Shown in pieces: positions 28,190 to 45,297 of a stretch of 64,000 nucleotides of DNA. Within the stretch, counting starts at the first letter, position 1. Each line of letters begins with the position of its first letter. The notes beneath the pieces are model-generated. The model searched no databases. It saw nothing but the letters and a program-made list of their open reading frames with translations, and was not told where the DNA came from. Source of the stretch: Antechinus flavipes. Lineage: Eukaryota. The translations under genes were made by a program, and so were the position numbers. Location: the NCBI RefSeq assembly GCF_016432865.1, contig NC_067398.1, positions 117,242,001-117,306,000 on the forward strand. Direction: 5' to 3'.

Positions 28190-28790
28190 CATTTTACCCC
28201 AGTTACATTTAAAATATATATATATTATTAAAATTTTTGAGTTCTGTGTTCTTTCCTTTATCTCTACCTACAATTAAGAAAACACATTGTGAAGTTATGC
28301 AAAACATTTCCATAAAAGTCATGTTATGGGGGAAAAAAAACAACACATAGCTCTCTCCCACCCTAATGAAAATAAAAACCCTCAAGAAAAATAAAGCTTA
28401 AAAATAGAGAATGTTACAGTCTGTATTCAGACACAATCAATTTCTTCTCTGGGGATGGATAGAATTTTTTATCATAAGTCCTTCAGAGTAGTTGTGGATG
28501 ATTGTACTGCTGAGAATGGCAAAGTCATTCACAGCTGGTTATCCCAGAATATTGCTGTTACTTTACAAGTTTTTTTTTCTCCTAAGAGCATCCTGCTCAT
28601 CATTTCCCATGGAACAATGATATTCCATCACAAGCACATACCAAAGTTTGAGCCATTCCCCAATTGATGGGCACCCTGAATTTTTTTTTGTCCTGCGAAA
28701 GAGTACTATGAATATTTTTTGTACATATAAGTCATTTCCTTTTTTTTTTTTTTTGTTTAAAATCTCTTTTGATATTCATGCCTAATAGTG
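28190..28790 (-). mobile_element. Old L1 3' fragment
   Basis: Poly-T start and L1 3' motifs (CATTCCCCAATTGATGGGCA). Confidence 0.6.
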
Positions 28791-28899
28791 GGCAAAGGTC
28801 AAAAGATAAGCAAGCTTTTGAGCACAGATCGTATCTTTTGCTCATTTATCACTTGGGGCATGGCTATTATTTTTTATAAATTTGACTCCGTTCCCTCTG

Positions 28900-31450
28900 T
28901 GTTTGAGAAATGAGACCTTGTCAGAGAAACTTGCTTCAAAATTCTTTTTACAATTACTAATTGTATTTCCCCCCATTTATTCTCTCTCCAAAAATGTTTT
29001 GCTACTGACCACTCCCTCCCCCAATATGCCCTTTCTTTTATCATCTCCCCCCTTCCCATATCCCACTCCCCTCCTATTTTCCTGCAGGGTAAGATAGATT
29101 TTTATACCCATATTAAATGTTATTTCTTCTCTGAGCCAGTTCTGATGAGAGTAAAATTCACTCCCTCCCCCTTTTTTCCTCTTCCCCTCCACTGTAAAAG
29201 CTTTTTCTTGCCTTTTTTTTTCCTTTTTTTTATAGCAGATAATTTGCACTATTCCACTTCTCCCTTTCCCTTTCTCCCAGTACATTCCTCTTTTATCCCT
29301 TAATTTCATAAACGCATCTGTGCGCCTCTGTCTATATGTACTCCTCCTAACTAGAATCATAATGAGAAAATTAATATGAGTCACAAGTATTATCTTCCCA
29401 AGTAGGAATGTAAACAGATAAACTTTATAAAACTCCTTATGATATCACTTTCCTGATTACCTCCTTATATTTTTCCAGAGTCCTGTATTTGAAAAATCCA
29501 ATTTTCCATTCAGCATTTTCACAATGCTTGAAAATCTCCAGTTTTATTGAATGATCACTTTTTCCTCTGAAGGATTATACTCACTTTTGCTGGGGAGGTG
29601 AATTTTGGTTGTAATCCTAGCTCCATTGCTCTTCAGAATATCATATTCCAAGTCCTCTGATTCTTTAATATAGAAGTAGCTAAATCTCGTGTTATCTTGT
29701 CTGTGGTTCTACTATACTTGAATTGTTTCTTTCTGGATGCTTGCAATATTTTCTCCTTGACTTGAGAGTTCTGGAATTTGTAATATTCCTGGGAATTTTT
29801 ATTTTGGGATTCATTCCATTTTTATTTTACATTCTGCTTCTAGAATATCAGGAGTTTTCCTCAATAATTTCTTCCCCCCCTTTTTAAAGCTTTTATTTTC
29901 AAAATATATGCATAGTTTTCAACATTCACCCTTGCAAAACCTTGTGTTTCAAATTTTTTTTCCTCCCTCCTACCCTCTCCCCTAGACAGCAAAAGTAATC
30001 CAATGGATGTTAAAGATGTACTATTCTTCTGTGCATATTTCCATGATTGTCATGTTGCAAAAGAAAAATTAGATCAAAAAAGAAAAAACAAAATACAAGC
30101 AACCCCCCCCCCCAAATGAAAATGCTATGTTGTGATCCACATTCAATCCCACAGTTCTCTCTGTGGGTGCAGATGGCTCTCTCCATCAAAAGACCATTGA
30201 AACTGGCCTGAATCACCTCACTGTTAAAAAGAGCCACGTCCATCAGAATTGATCATCATATAATCTTGTTGCTGTGTACAATGTTCTCTTGGTTCTATTC
30301 ACTTCGTTTAGCATCAATTCATGTAGATTTCTCTAGGCTTTTCTGAAATCATCCTGCTGATCCTTGATACTTTTTTGAAAAATGATGTTAGGGCTCTTTT
30401 TTTTGGTCACAGGTTTCAGGTAGACAGATAATTTTAAAATTATCTCTCCTGCATTTTTCAGGTCAATTGTTTTTCCAATGAGAATAGTTCACATTTTTTC
30501 TTTCTTTTTTTTTTTTTTTTGGTTTTGCTTTATTGTAGCTTGATGTCTCATAAAGTCATTAGCTCCTATATGCTTAATTCTAATTTCTAAGAAATTATTT
30601 TCTTCAGTGAAATTGGGAAAATCCTTTTCCAATTGGCCAGTTTTGTCTTTTAAGGCATTTTTGCACCACTCTCAATTTTCCCCCCAATTTGTCCTGTCTT
30701 TCTCAGTTGATTTCCAAACTTCTTTTTCATGATCTGAGCCCAATTCTTATTTTTCTTGGAGGCTTTGGATGTAGGAGTTTTGACTTTATCTTCTGAATGT
30801 GTTTTGATCATCCCTGTCATCACAGTAATTTTCAGTGATCAGAAACTTTTTCTGTTGGCTGCTCATTTTTCTAGCTTATTACTTGGCTTTTTTTTTTTTT
30901 TAAATCTGTTAAAGCTCTGTTTCTAGGGTGGAGAGTTTTTTTTCAGCTACTTTCAGAAATCCTTCTAGAAATCTGACCCCAAGCACTTTTCTTCCCTGGA
31001 GCTGTCAGGAGGGTCCCTGTCCCCACTGTAGCTGTAAAATCTAGTGTGCTATAAAGCAACAGTCCTGCTTTGCTGACACCAGGGCCAGGATTGGGCTTGC
31101 TCTCTGCTGGACTCCCCACTGGACTCCCCACCAGACTCCCGCTCTGTTGCCACAGACCCTCAGCAGAACTTCCAAGTCTTTCCTAGTGTCGCAGCTGAGA
31201 GATCCAGAAGCCACCAGCACCACTACTGATTCAGAGGTACCACCTTGCTGATGCTGAGGCCAGGGACTCTGCTGGCTAGGCCTGTATTGGACTCTCACCC
31301 CAGTGTCAAAGACTTTCTGCTAACTTAAATTGCCTTCAGCTGGAAAATGTTGTTCATCTTTTTGGCTGTTGTGTTGTTTAGAGTCATTATTTAAAGAAAT
31401 TTGGAGGGGTTAGGCAAGTTCCTGCCTTTATTCTGCCATCTTCCACTGCA
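28900..31450 (-). mobile_element. Degenerate L1 5' portion (5' UTR/ORF1) with a nested L1 3' fragment at about 29870-30370
   Basis: Reverse strand of 29.4-29.9 kb reads as the L1 ORF1 C-terminus (..ELGLQPKFTSPAKVSIILQRKK..), interrupted by a younger 3'-end copy. Confidence 0.65.
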
Positions 31451-33767
31451 GATATTTGAACAGGAAAATAACTATCTTAAGGAAAAAAGGGTATCAATCC
31501 ATTCCCTCTGGCTACTCTTTTCCTGGTAATTTTCCAAACCAGAATATCCCTCTGTGGCTATCACTTCCATATATATATATCTATAAAAATGTAAACTTCT
31601 TGAGATCAGAGATTCTTTTTTAATTTGTATTTCCAATGCCTGGCATGTAGCCCTAGGCAAATGATTTCGCTCAGTTATTAGTCCAGCTATGGATGGGGTG
31701 GGGAGGAGGTGTTGTCAAGAGTGCCTCTGGGAATGTGACTTGTGCTAAAGGGATCTATAGTCTTCCAGCTGTGAGTCTTTTGTTTTGTTTTGTTTTATCT
31801 TATAAATAAGGTATGAGGCCATGAGAATTTAGACTTGGCTATTGACAAGTGGAAATTGAGAACAAGAGATGACTGTGAGAAGGGATTACTGGAGAAAGAT
31901 GGACAAGGCTTATTTGGCAAGGCTATCATGCATCTTAGGATTCAGGATAAAGATATCAAAGACGACCCCAAGATTTCTGCCTTGGAGTGGCTAGAATGGA
32001 CAGATGGGAATTGGGAAAGTGAGTTGAGGATGTTTTGCCTTGGTAGAAATATGAAAGGCACCTTTCTCATACCTGTATCCCCATTCTCTAGCACAGTGCC
32101 TGGCACATTGATTGAGTGTAGTGTTTCTATGTGGGACACTTTTTCTCCCCCAAAATCTTAAGACCAGTTGAACAACAGGGAAGAAGTATGATGGTTCTTC
32201 TGTGAGTATTAAAGATTAATAATCCACACAGGGACATTACTGGTGGAAAGAAGTTAGAAGTAAAAGCAGAAAAACACTGACATATGGAGTCAAAGTTAAG
32301 GTCTTCATTTCTGGAAACCAGAACAGAAGCACATAGAAGAGAAGGTTCAAGATCGAATCAGTTAGTCTTGTTGCCATGTTATAAGTGTTAGTGGCCCTTT
32401 CTGCTGCTGGGAGCGAATCACTCTTGAAAGTAAATATAAATTTGTATGTATCACATACTTTATACAAATCTCATAAATAGCAAGATATAAGTTTTGGAAG
32501 CAGAATTGAGTGCTATTAAATTGTTTTTTTTTTCTTCTATCATTTTGTATAATGTTGATTTTGCTAGTAGAGCTCAATGTTACATTATTTGAATGCCAAG
32601 CAATAATGTTCACTGTTGTTTTCAATGTGCTTACGGGTTAGTTTTTTAAAATAAATTCTAGTAAACAACATTTCTTATTCAGAAATTTTTAGTATATACA
32701 TAATGAATAATTATGAAAAATGTTGAAAATTAATCAGTTTGTTGTTTTAAGTGAGTAAACAACCTATCACTTTGTAATAATAAGACATGCATTTATTACC
32801 TTTTTTTTATAGAAAACCTGAAACTTTTAGTGTAACACAGAAAATGATTGTTTATTATTATGGTCACTCATTATTATTTAAAAACATGTAAATAAAATTC
32901 TTAAAATAAGAATAACATGATTTTGTGAATCACAGTTTCTCATTCCCAAATTCTGAAGATTAACATACATCAGGAATCTGGTAACACTATTAAAAGTACA
33001 TCAATTAATAAAAAAGTACTTCGTTTAAGTGCTTATTGTGTGCTAAACTCTGCTACTGTGCTGGGACTACAAATAGAAAACTGAGACAATCCCTGCTCTC
33101 AAGAAACTTCCATTCTATAATTGGGGAAGACAACATAGAGTTTGGAGCCAGATCTTACTTTAACACTCTATCCTTCCCTTCTCTTCACTTCTCTCCAACT
33201 TTTATCTTTTTGATTCTTCTCTCCCCAATTCTCGCAAGTAGCTGTGAATTCTCCCTTTGGTGAATGGCACTAAGGGAATTAAATCAAAGTTGAGGTCAGG
33301 AATATAGGATTCTAAGAGCATTGAGACCTAATATCAGATGTCTGTAGCAGCTTGATTTTGTTCTATTAGGTAATTTCCCACTTATAGGCAGGGAAAATCT
33401 TTGTCAGCTTCCTTCCCCTTCTACTATTATTTTCATCTTCTCCAAGCTAAACCCCATGTGTGAAAAAACACATTTGTTCGTTCTGTGACCCCATCCCAAG
33501 TTTTTTCTTTTTTCCCCTAACGTAACCTAGCATTTAACTCAAGTCTTTTTATTGTAAGAATTTGCATTAACAACCCTATTGCACTGGTATGATATAATTG
33601 GTAATTTTTGGAGCTAAAATTTGAATCCAGTCCTTTTAAATTCCAAATCTAGCCTTTCCAGCTATCTGTTAAAAACGATTAAAAATTACCCCAAACCTGC
33701 TGGAGGTAGAAAATAAAATTACATTTCTGGGAAGCTTAAGTCCTTTAAGACAGAAAAAGATGATCCC

Positions 33768-35271
33768 TTAAGTCTTCAATTCATCTGTCCAGTGTGTCTG
33801 TGGAGATAAATGGGAAAGTCAGAGTTGGGCCCAGGATGAGAAAAGAGAATTAATTTGGACCACAAAACATACTTCTCACCTCTTCAAGATCAGATTCTAC
33901 CTCCACCAGATCACTAGGGCATGCCTGGTGTAGACGGATCAGGTCTCCCCACAGCAAAGTGTTCTTACAACTATATAAAGAAAGAAGCAGGCCAAAAGAA
34001 GAAATTTACTGGAGAAGAAACACAAACCATTTTCTTAACTCCAAGAGCTTCCTGGCCACCCACTCACCTTGGACAGCGGCCTTTAAGGGGCAGAAGCTGT
34101 TGAGGTTCCTCTTGAAGGAATTCTTCAGCAAGGCAAATTACATGAGCATTCAATAGACAATTGGGATGAGGACAGCAAAGGGGTCCACCCTTATCCTGAT
34201 AGATGGGAGAAAGAGGTTGAGATAATTTAAGGGAAACATACTCCTTTATTGCTCTCCTCCCACTAGAGCTTCCCCTTGGCCCTTGGTCATATCCTAGAGA
34301 AGACTGCTGTCTCACCTGAATGAGCTGTTGGCAGAGACTGCAGACCACCTCGGCTGCTTCCCCGCCCACTCCTCTCTTCTCCCTCTGAGTGAGGCTTGGT
34401 TGCCAAGGCCCGAAAGCAAGAGGCATGTGCTGGGGAGGTGGAGGGCTGAGTTCCTGCTGGAAGTCCTGCCGTAGCCAGCGCAAGGTGAGGGCCAACCGAT
34501 TCCAGGGCGCCACCTGCAGCATCTGGGCCAGGACCCGAAGGTGGAAAAAAAAGGCCCCCTCCTTTCGGGTTTTGCCACTTACATGAGTCAGACGTCGGGA
34601 GGCCCGAGGGTGCTGCCAGGCCCACTCAAACTGAAGGGGGGAAGGATGGAGGACAAGGTGTCATTGGCACCGAAGCGATGGTTTTCATTCCCCTTCCTTC
34701 CCCGGCCTTCATTGCCCACCCTCTCTTCCCACTACCTCCTTGCCCTCCTCGCCCTCACCCCCGACTCCAGCTTGAGCCCTTACCCTAAGGGCAGCCACAT
34801 CAGATGGAAAGCCATGGACGATGAGGACCATTTCCCTGCAAAAACCACGAGGAAGTCAGGGACACTGCGTGGGGGAGCAGCCCTACAAGTGCTCTAACGT
34901 ACGGGCGTGAGGGGTGCGAGAAGGTGGATTCCAGCTGCTGGACGGCCCAGCTCTCCCAATCCTAGCCTAGACCCCTCCAGGGGCTTTCCCTGGATCCAGC
35001 CGCTCCCGTCCCACACCCAGTAGCAGCTGGGAGGCGTGGCGTCCTTCCCAGCCCCGCCCCCTAGTCTCTGTTACCATGGTCCCCGGCCGCTGGTCCTCCA
35101 CGCCCCGCCTTTCTTGCGACCGGCGTTGTGCTGCTGGACTCGCCGAGAAGGGTTTACGGTGAAGCCCACGTAGACGCGGCCTCTGTATTTGGGGTTGAGA
35201 CAGTAGAGGAGGTAGACCCCGAAGAATGGTTGCGGCTTCTTCACCTCCCGAAAAGCTTCCGTGGGCCCCAT
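33768..35271 (-). CDS. SLX1: SLX1 structure-specific endonuclease subunit (GIY-YIG domain plus RING-like zinc finger), 6 exons, 270 aa
   Basis: Minus-strand exons 35271-35075, 34835-34784, 34630-34316, 34195-34068, 33970-33880, 33797-33768 (813 nt). Contains [48 protein letters not shown]...CCPHPNC...HVICLAEEF...CP...C, and ends THWTDELKT*. Confidence 0.96.
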
Positions 35272-35776
35272 CGGTTTTTTTTGAAGCTTCTGACCCAGAC
35301 GTGATCGTTTGCCGGCCGGGGACTTTGTTTATGGGGGCCGACACATGCCTAAGGCACATGGCAGAGGAGTCTGGGGAGAGGAACCTTCACCAGACTATGC
35401 TCGTGATGTTAAAATACAGGGCCAAAAAATACGAGAGGGGGGAGGGAGGATGGCTTTTCTGAAAAGAACCGGGAGTCTACCCCTAGGAGAGATTAGTAGC
35501 GGAACTTCCGGTGTGCCAAACGCAGACTCCGATTGGCTAATGGTTAGTGAGGGTGGGACGGCGGGTCCATGGGGTAATAGGAGGGCGGAAATGACGAACA
35601 CGAAACTGCGTTTTAAGGGCGGAAATGACCGGTACAGGACTGAGAAGACAAAGCGTGAACGATAGCTTAAGGGCGGAAATTGTTCGTCGAAAAGCATCTC
35701 CCGGAAGTAGCGACAGTGTGGGCGGAAGAGGCCCCGGCTTAGGGTCCTGGGACCGGCCTGGGACTCGACAGCCGAG
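35272..35776. promoter_or_regulatory. Bidirectional CpG-rich promoter shared by SLX1 and BOLA2
   Basis: Head-to-head ATGs about 505 bp apart. Repeated GGGCGGAAAT / CCGGAAGT ETS-type motifs and an inverted CCAAT (GATTGG) near 35531. Confidence 0.85.
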
Positions 35777-36249
35777 ATGGAGCTGAGTGCTGAATCCCTC
35801 CGGGAGAAGCTACTGCGGGAATTGGAAGCGGACCACGTGGTAAGTACCGGGCGAGCCTGGGGGAGTGAATTCTGGGCCCGCGTAGTTGGAGGGATGAGGT
35901 GGTGGGAGTAGAGGACAGGGGCCTGAGGGTGGAATGGAGTACCCTTTTAACCCTTGCCACCCCGGGCAGGAGGTGGAGGACACGACTCCCTCCCGCTGCG
36001 CCTCTAGTTTCCGAGTTCTCGTGGTCTCCTCCAAGTTCCAAGGAAAGCCGCTGCTGCAGAGACACAGGTGAGTGTGAGCAGCCTTTCTCTTCCCACCCCC
36101 CACTATTCCTCGGGGCAAAGACCTCTGACCTCAGCTTCGCCTCCCTCAGGCTGGTGAACTCGTGTCTGGCAGAAGAGCTGCCCCACATCCACGCGTTTGA
36201 GCAGAAGACCCTGACCCCGGAGCAGTGGGACAAGGAGCGGCAGAAGTGA
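35777..36249 (+). CDS. BOLA2: BolA family member 2 (cytosolic Fe-S chaperone partner of GLRX3), 3 exons, 86 aa
   Basis: Exons 35777-35839, 35970-36067, 36150-36249 (261 nt): MELSAESLREKLLRELEADHVEVEDTTPSRCASSFRVLVVSSKFQGKPLLQRHRLVNSCLAEELPHIHAFEQKTLTPEQWDKERQK*. Confidence 0.97.
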
Positions 36250-36291
36250 GGCGCCAAGTGGGGCGGGAGATTTCCATCTCCACTTTAAGAC

Positions 36292-36297
36292 ATTAAA
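36292..36297 (+). terminator. BOLA2 polyadenylation signal ATTAAA
   Basis: ATTAAA about 40 nt after the stop, followed by GT-rich sequence. Confidence 0.7.
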
Positions 36298-36989
36298 CCT
36301 CTGGTCTGTGGCTGGGCCCTGTGTTCCCTGCAAGCGTACGTGTGTCTGTGTGTGTGTCCCTGGCTGTCTGTGGCTTGCTGTGGGCGGAGGCAGGACCCTG
36401 GCCTTCGAGGCCCCAGGTCCCTTCTGACTGTGGTTCTGTGAATCTAAAGCCGAGGGGACAAGATGAGTCCTCTTCTAGGGGGTCCTGACCAGGGGCAGCC
36501 GAGGGATTGTGTTTTGGTGCTTTCCAACTTGCTACTGAGGAGTCATCTATGTTTCCCCTTCCAGACCACTGGGTGTAGGGAATTACCTCCAGCCCCAGCT
36601 CCTTATTGGTTGATTTCCTCAAGTTTACGTTCCTAAGAGGTGTATGGAGAAATAACCCCTCGCCAGGGGTTTCCCAGCTGTCTAGGAGGCAGAAGACTCT
36701 CGAGGGAAGTTCCTTGTACTCCTGAAATCATATGGTTGGTTTCTTAATGTGGTGACAGTTCTGAGAACTAAGAAGTGGCCTGGAAATTCTTCTTTTGAGC
36801 CTGGAGAGATGGGAGGACCAGGCTTTTTTAAATGCAGTGACTTTGAACTGTGCATAACATGTCAGAACTGAAAGCCACTATAGAAACACTAAGCTTTATT
36901 TAAAGAGGAAATCGACCTAGAGAGAGGAAATAATTTTGGGGGGTGGGGTAGGAAGGATGTATTATGAATCAGGTTAATAGAACTATGAA

Positions 36990-37125
36990 GAGCACAGTGG
37001 ATAGAGAGCTGGCCCTGAAGTCAGGAGGACCTGAGTTCAAATGTGGCCTCCGACATTTAACACTTTCTAGCTGTGTGACCCTGGGCAAGTCACTTAACCC
37101 CAGTTGCCTCAGAAAAAAAAAAAAA
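36990..37125 (+). mobile_element. Young short marsupial SINE (WSINE1-like) with poly(A) tail
   Basis: AGTGGATAGAG..CTGGCCCTGAAGTCAGGAGGACCTGAGTTCAAAT...GTCACTTAACCCCAGTTGCCTCA followed by A-run. Confidence 0.8.
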
Positions 37126-38394
37126 GAGCCATGAAGAGGACCCAGGTCTCCTGACTCAGCACAGACTTTCCTTTGCCCCCAATACTGCCATCTGAAAAAG
37201 GAAGTTCCTGCTAAGTTCTACTTATCCAGGTATCATCCTACTATTCCATGGGTACCTTCTTAGGTGCTAAAGCATTCCCAGTCCCACAAGTTTCATTAGC
37301 ATATGATAGGAAAAAGTATTCCCCCAAAATATTCCAGTCCTTGTGTCAATAATAACAAGCAGGCTTGTCTCTTCTCTCTCCCCTTCCCCTTTCCCCCCCT
37401 TCCTCCAAGAGAAAGTAAACCACTTTTCTGTGTTGGTTAGTTTTGCTGTACTGCTTTTTTCTCTTCCTCTTCCCTCCCTCACCTTTTTTTAATCTTTGGA
37501 AACGAAAATAATGTAAAAATAAAAGATAGTAGTTAAACTAAGATTGAAAAGAAAAGATTTTCTGAATGATCTAGGGACAAGGAAAGCTCCTGATGGAACC
37601 TGCAAGCCGTGTGGTATGGGGCACTGGAGTTCGAGTCAGAAAGACCTGGCTTCCTGGGCAGATCATTTGACCTCCCCTTACCCTTAGTGACCTCATCTGT
37701 AAAATGGGGTAGATAGTACCTCGGAAAAGTGATTGTGAGGATCAAATGAAGTAATGTATAAAATATTTTGTAATTTTAAAAGTTTTAGAAATGTTAATAC
37801 TACTTGGATTTTAAAAACAGCCTGTGAATATAGCAATCCACTACCCATGCTCTTTCTAGAAGACTTCTGACAGCTGGAAAACAGTATACTGTGCATCACC
37901 AAGTTTAGAAATAGATTTTGGGGTGCAGGAGGAAGGTACTTTAGAAATTATCTAGTGCATTATATAGAGAAGGAAACTCAAGACATGATGAAAGTATGGT
38001 GAACCTGAAGTCACATGCTGATGCAGCACCAGGCTTCACATTCAAGTTCTCTTGATTTCAGACCCACTGTGCTTTCTACTGGGCCCTATGTTATTGCCAA
38101 CTGATTGATGGTAATAGGAATAGAACCAAACTAAGTATTTGGTTTCTGTGTGCCAGGTCCTGGGAACAGCTGTGGTATGAGCTGATCCATTTTTCTTGAG
38201 ATTTGAGATGAGTCCCTAACAGGACTCTTAGTATGTTACCTTATGCCAAAAATTTTCAAATACCCAGTGTTAATTGAATGTAAGACTAATTGTTTGATAT
38301 CAGCCCAGAGCTCATATACCCCAACATATTTTCAAGTCGATCCTTTTGGGAGTTAATACATGTTCTTGGCCTGCTAGAATGCCAGAAAAAGTGA

Positions 38395-38439
38395 AGTCCT
38401 CTAATCTAAATGTCATTTTACAAGCAATGTTTCTCAAAA

Positions 38440-38484
<45 letters not shown>

Positions 38485-39120
38485 CATAAGCCATTCACCT
38501 TGACTTTGATTCCTGGAGAAATTCTAAAATTAATTATTAAAGGGATAGTTAGTGAATATCTAAAAAAAGAAAACTTCATCACAAGGAGCCCAGTATGCTC
38601 GGCCATGCCAGACTAACCTTATTTCCTGTTTTGTCAAGCTTACTAGACTGATAGGTCACGGAAATGCTGTGGATAGTTTACCTAAGTTTTAACAAAGCAT
38701 TTTAAAAGTCTCCCATGAGACATCTTATGGACAAGTAGAAAAATGGGCTAGTCAATAGCAGGAGTTCAACTTGGATGGTGAAGGCTCTTGAATCCATGCT
38801 CTGAGAATCAGTTGAAGGAAATTAAGATATCCTGCCTGAGAAAGAGGTGGGTGTTGGGGAGGGGGACAGGAGATGAGAATGGGTAGATGTCTTCAAGTAT
38901 TTGAAGTAGTGTTAAGGAAGTCTTATCAGATTTTTTTTTAGCCCTAGAGTCCTCAGTTGTAGAGAGGTATATTTAAGCTTGAGGTCAGAACAAATTTCTT
39001 AACATTTAGGGCTATTCAGAAGTGGAATGGGCCTTAGGAGGTAATGCTTCCCTTCTAGAGGTGCTCACACAAAGACTAAGTGGTCTTTTGTCAATTTGTG
39101 TTCTAGAGCAGATTCCTGTT
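38395..39120 (+). mobile_element. CR1/L3 RT remnant interrupted by a (TG)n microsatellite
   Basis: PFTLTLIPGEILKLII and CQTNLIS..AVD...KAF motifs typical of CR1 RT; (TG)n at about 38442-38481. Confidence 0.75.
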
Positions 39121-40145
39121 TGGTAGAGACTATAGTAGGTAGGCTTAAGACCCTTCAAATCTTTGATATTCTGTGATTTTGAGAACTTCTCTTAGGAAAC
39201 TGCTGTGATTTTTATATTCCACAGAAGGAAACCCATCTCAGTACTTTATTTATCATTACTTTTCATTTCTGACCAAAAATGGAATTCCTTCAACCTCCTG
39301 CCCCCCCCCTCCTTGTTCATGAGCTGTGACTCTGAATGACTCAGAACTTTCCAGAAATGAACCCACCTTCAGAACCTAATATCTACCTCCACTGAAAAGA
39401 GCCACAAGAAGGCAGTCCTCAAGAAGAATTTTCATAAATGCCTTGTGTAGTAGTATAATTAGAAAAAGTGTATGACCTCTTAGAGTGACCACTTTTAAAG
39501 TCACCGAACTCAGAAAAAGGGGTATTTGTTGTTAACCAAAGAGCTGGAGGTAGGTGCTATATAGAATCAGGGAGTGGGTGAAGGAGGTTTAATTTTACAT
39601 CGGCCCTCAAATGAATTGATCCTGATTGCATGGTGTGGCTGAAAAGTTTTGAGTTTTAAGGATCAGGCTTCTACCCTGCCTCTGCTACTAATTAATAAGT
39701 GACCATAAATTACATACTTTCCCTCTCTGATTTTTACCTGTTCCATCTCTAAAATAAGGAATGGGGCAAGATTTTATTTCAGTCCTATGCTTCTCCTTAA
39801 GACATTTTAAGATTGCACAATTATTAGAAAGGTCATTAAAAATTGCTTTCCTTCTTAAGATAGATGTGACTTAGGCAGAGACTTATGGGAAGGACTGGGG
39901 TGAAACCTTGATTCTGGCTTGCCCAATAGTTGACTTGTATACTCAAAACTTTAAGGTATGGGTGCTGAAATCTAATCTGCTGTCTAAGCTGTGAAAGTTG
40001 AATGTCAGCTTTTGTGTTTTGACCATGCCCACAGTCTCCCCATCTTTGCCGAGTTGAGGCATTCCAACTTCCCTCTAGAGAGCCACAGAGATCTTTGAAG
40101 GGCTTGAGTTAGTAGAGTCTAGGAGGTATCAGAAAATAAAACCAT

Positions 40146-40151
40146 TTTATT
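40146..40151 (-). terminator. CORO1A polyadenylation signal
   Basis: AATAAA on the minus strand about 145 nt after the stop codon. Confidence 0.75.
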
Positions 40152-40295
40152 TTTCTTTGCTTGTAAGACCCACTCCTTCCTATAAGATGTGGGGAAATGG
40201 GAAGGGGGAGGAAGGGCGTCCTCATGGGTTTAATTCAACCAGTGACTTCTGCCCATGGGGCAAGGCCCAGTCATATCTCAGGTACTGGGGCCAAG

Positions 40296-45297
<5,002 letters not shown>

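Noticed and set aside
30900-31450. Old L1 5' UTR as an alternative SULT1A promoter
   Set aside because: CpG-depleted and degraded; no supporting splice path identified
32190-33000. Possible hAT transposase C-terminal fossil (FW..FPEM.., LL..F...C)
   Set aside because: Motif order and spacing too loose to call by eye; needs a profile search
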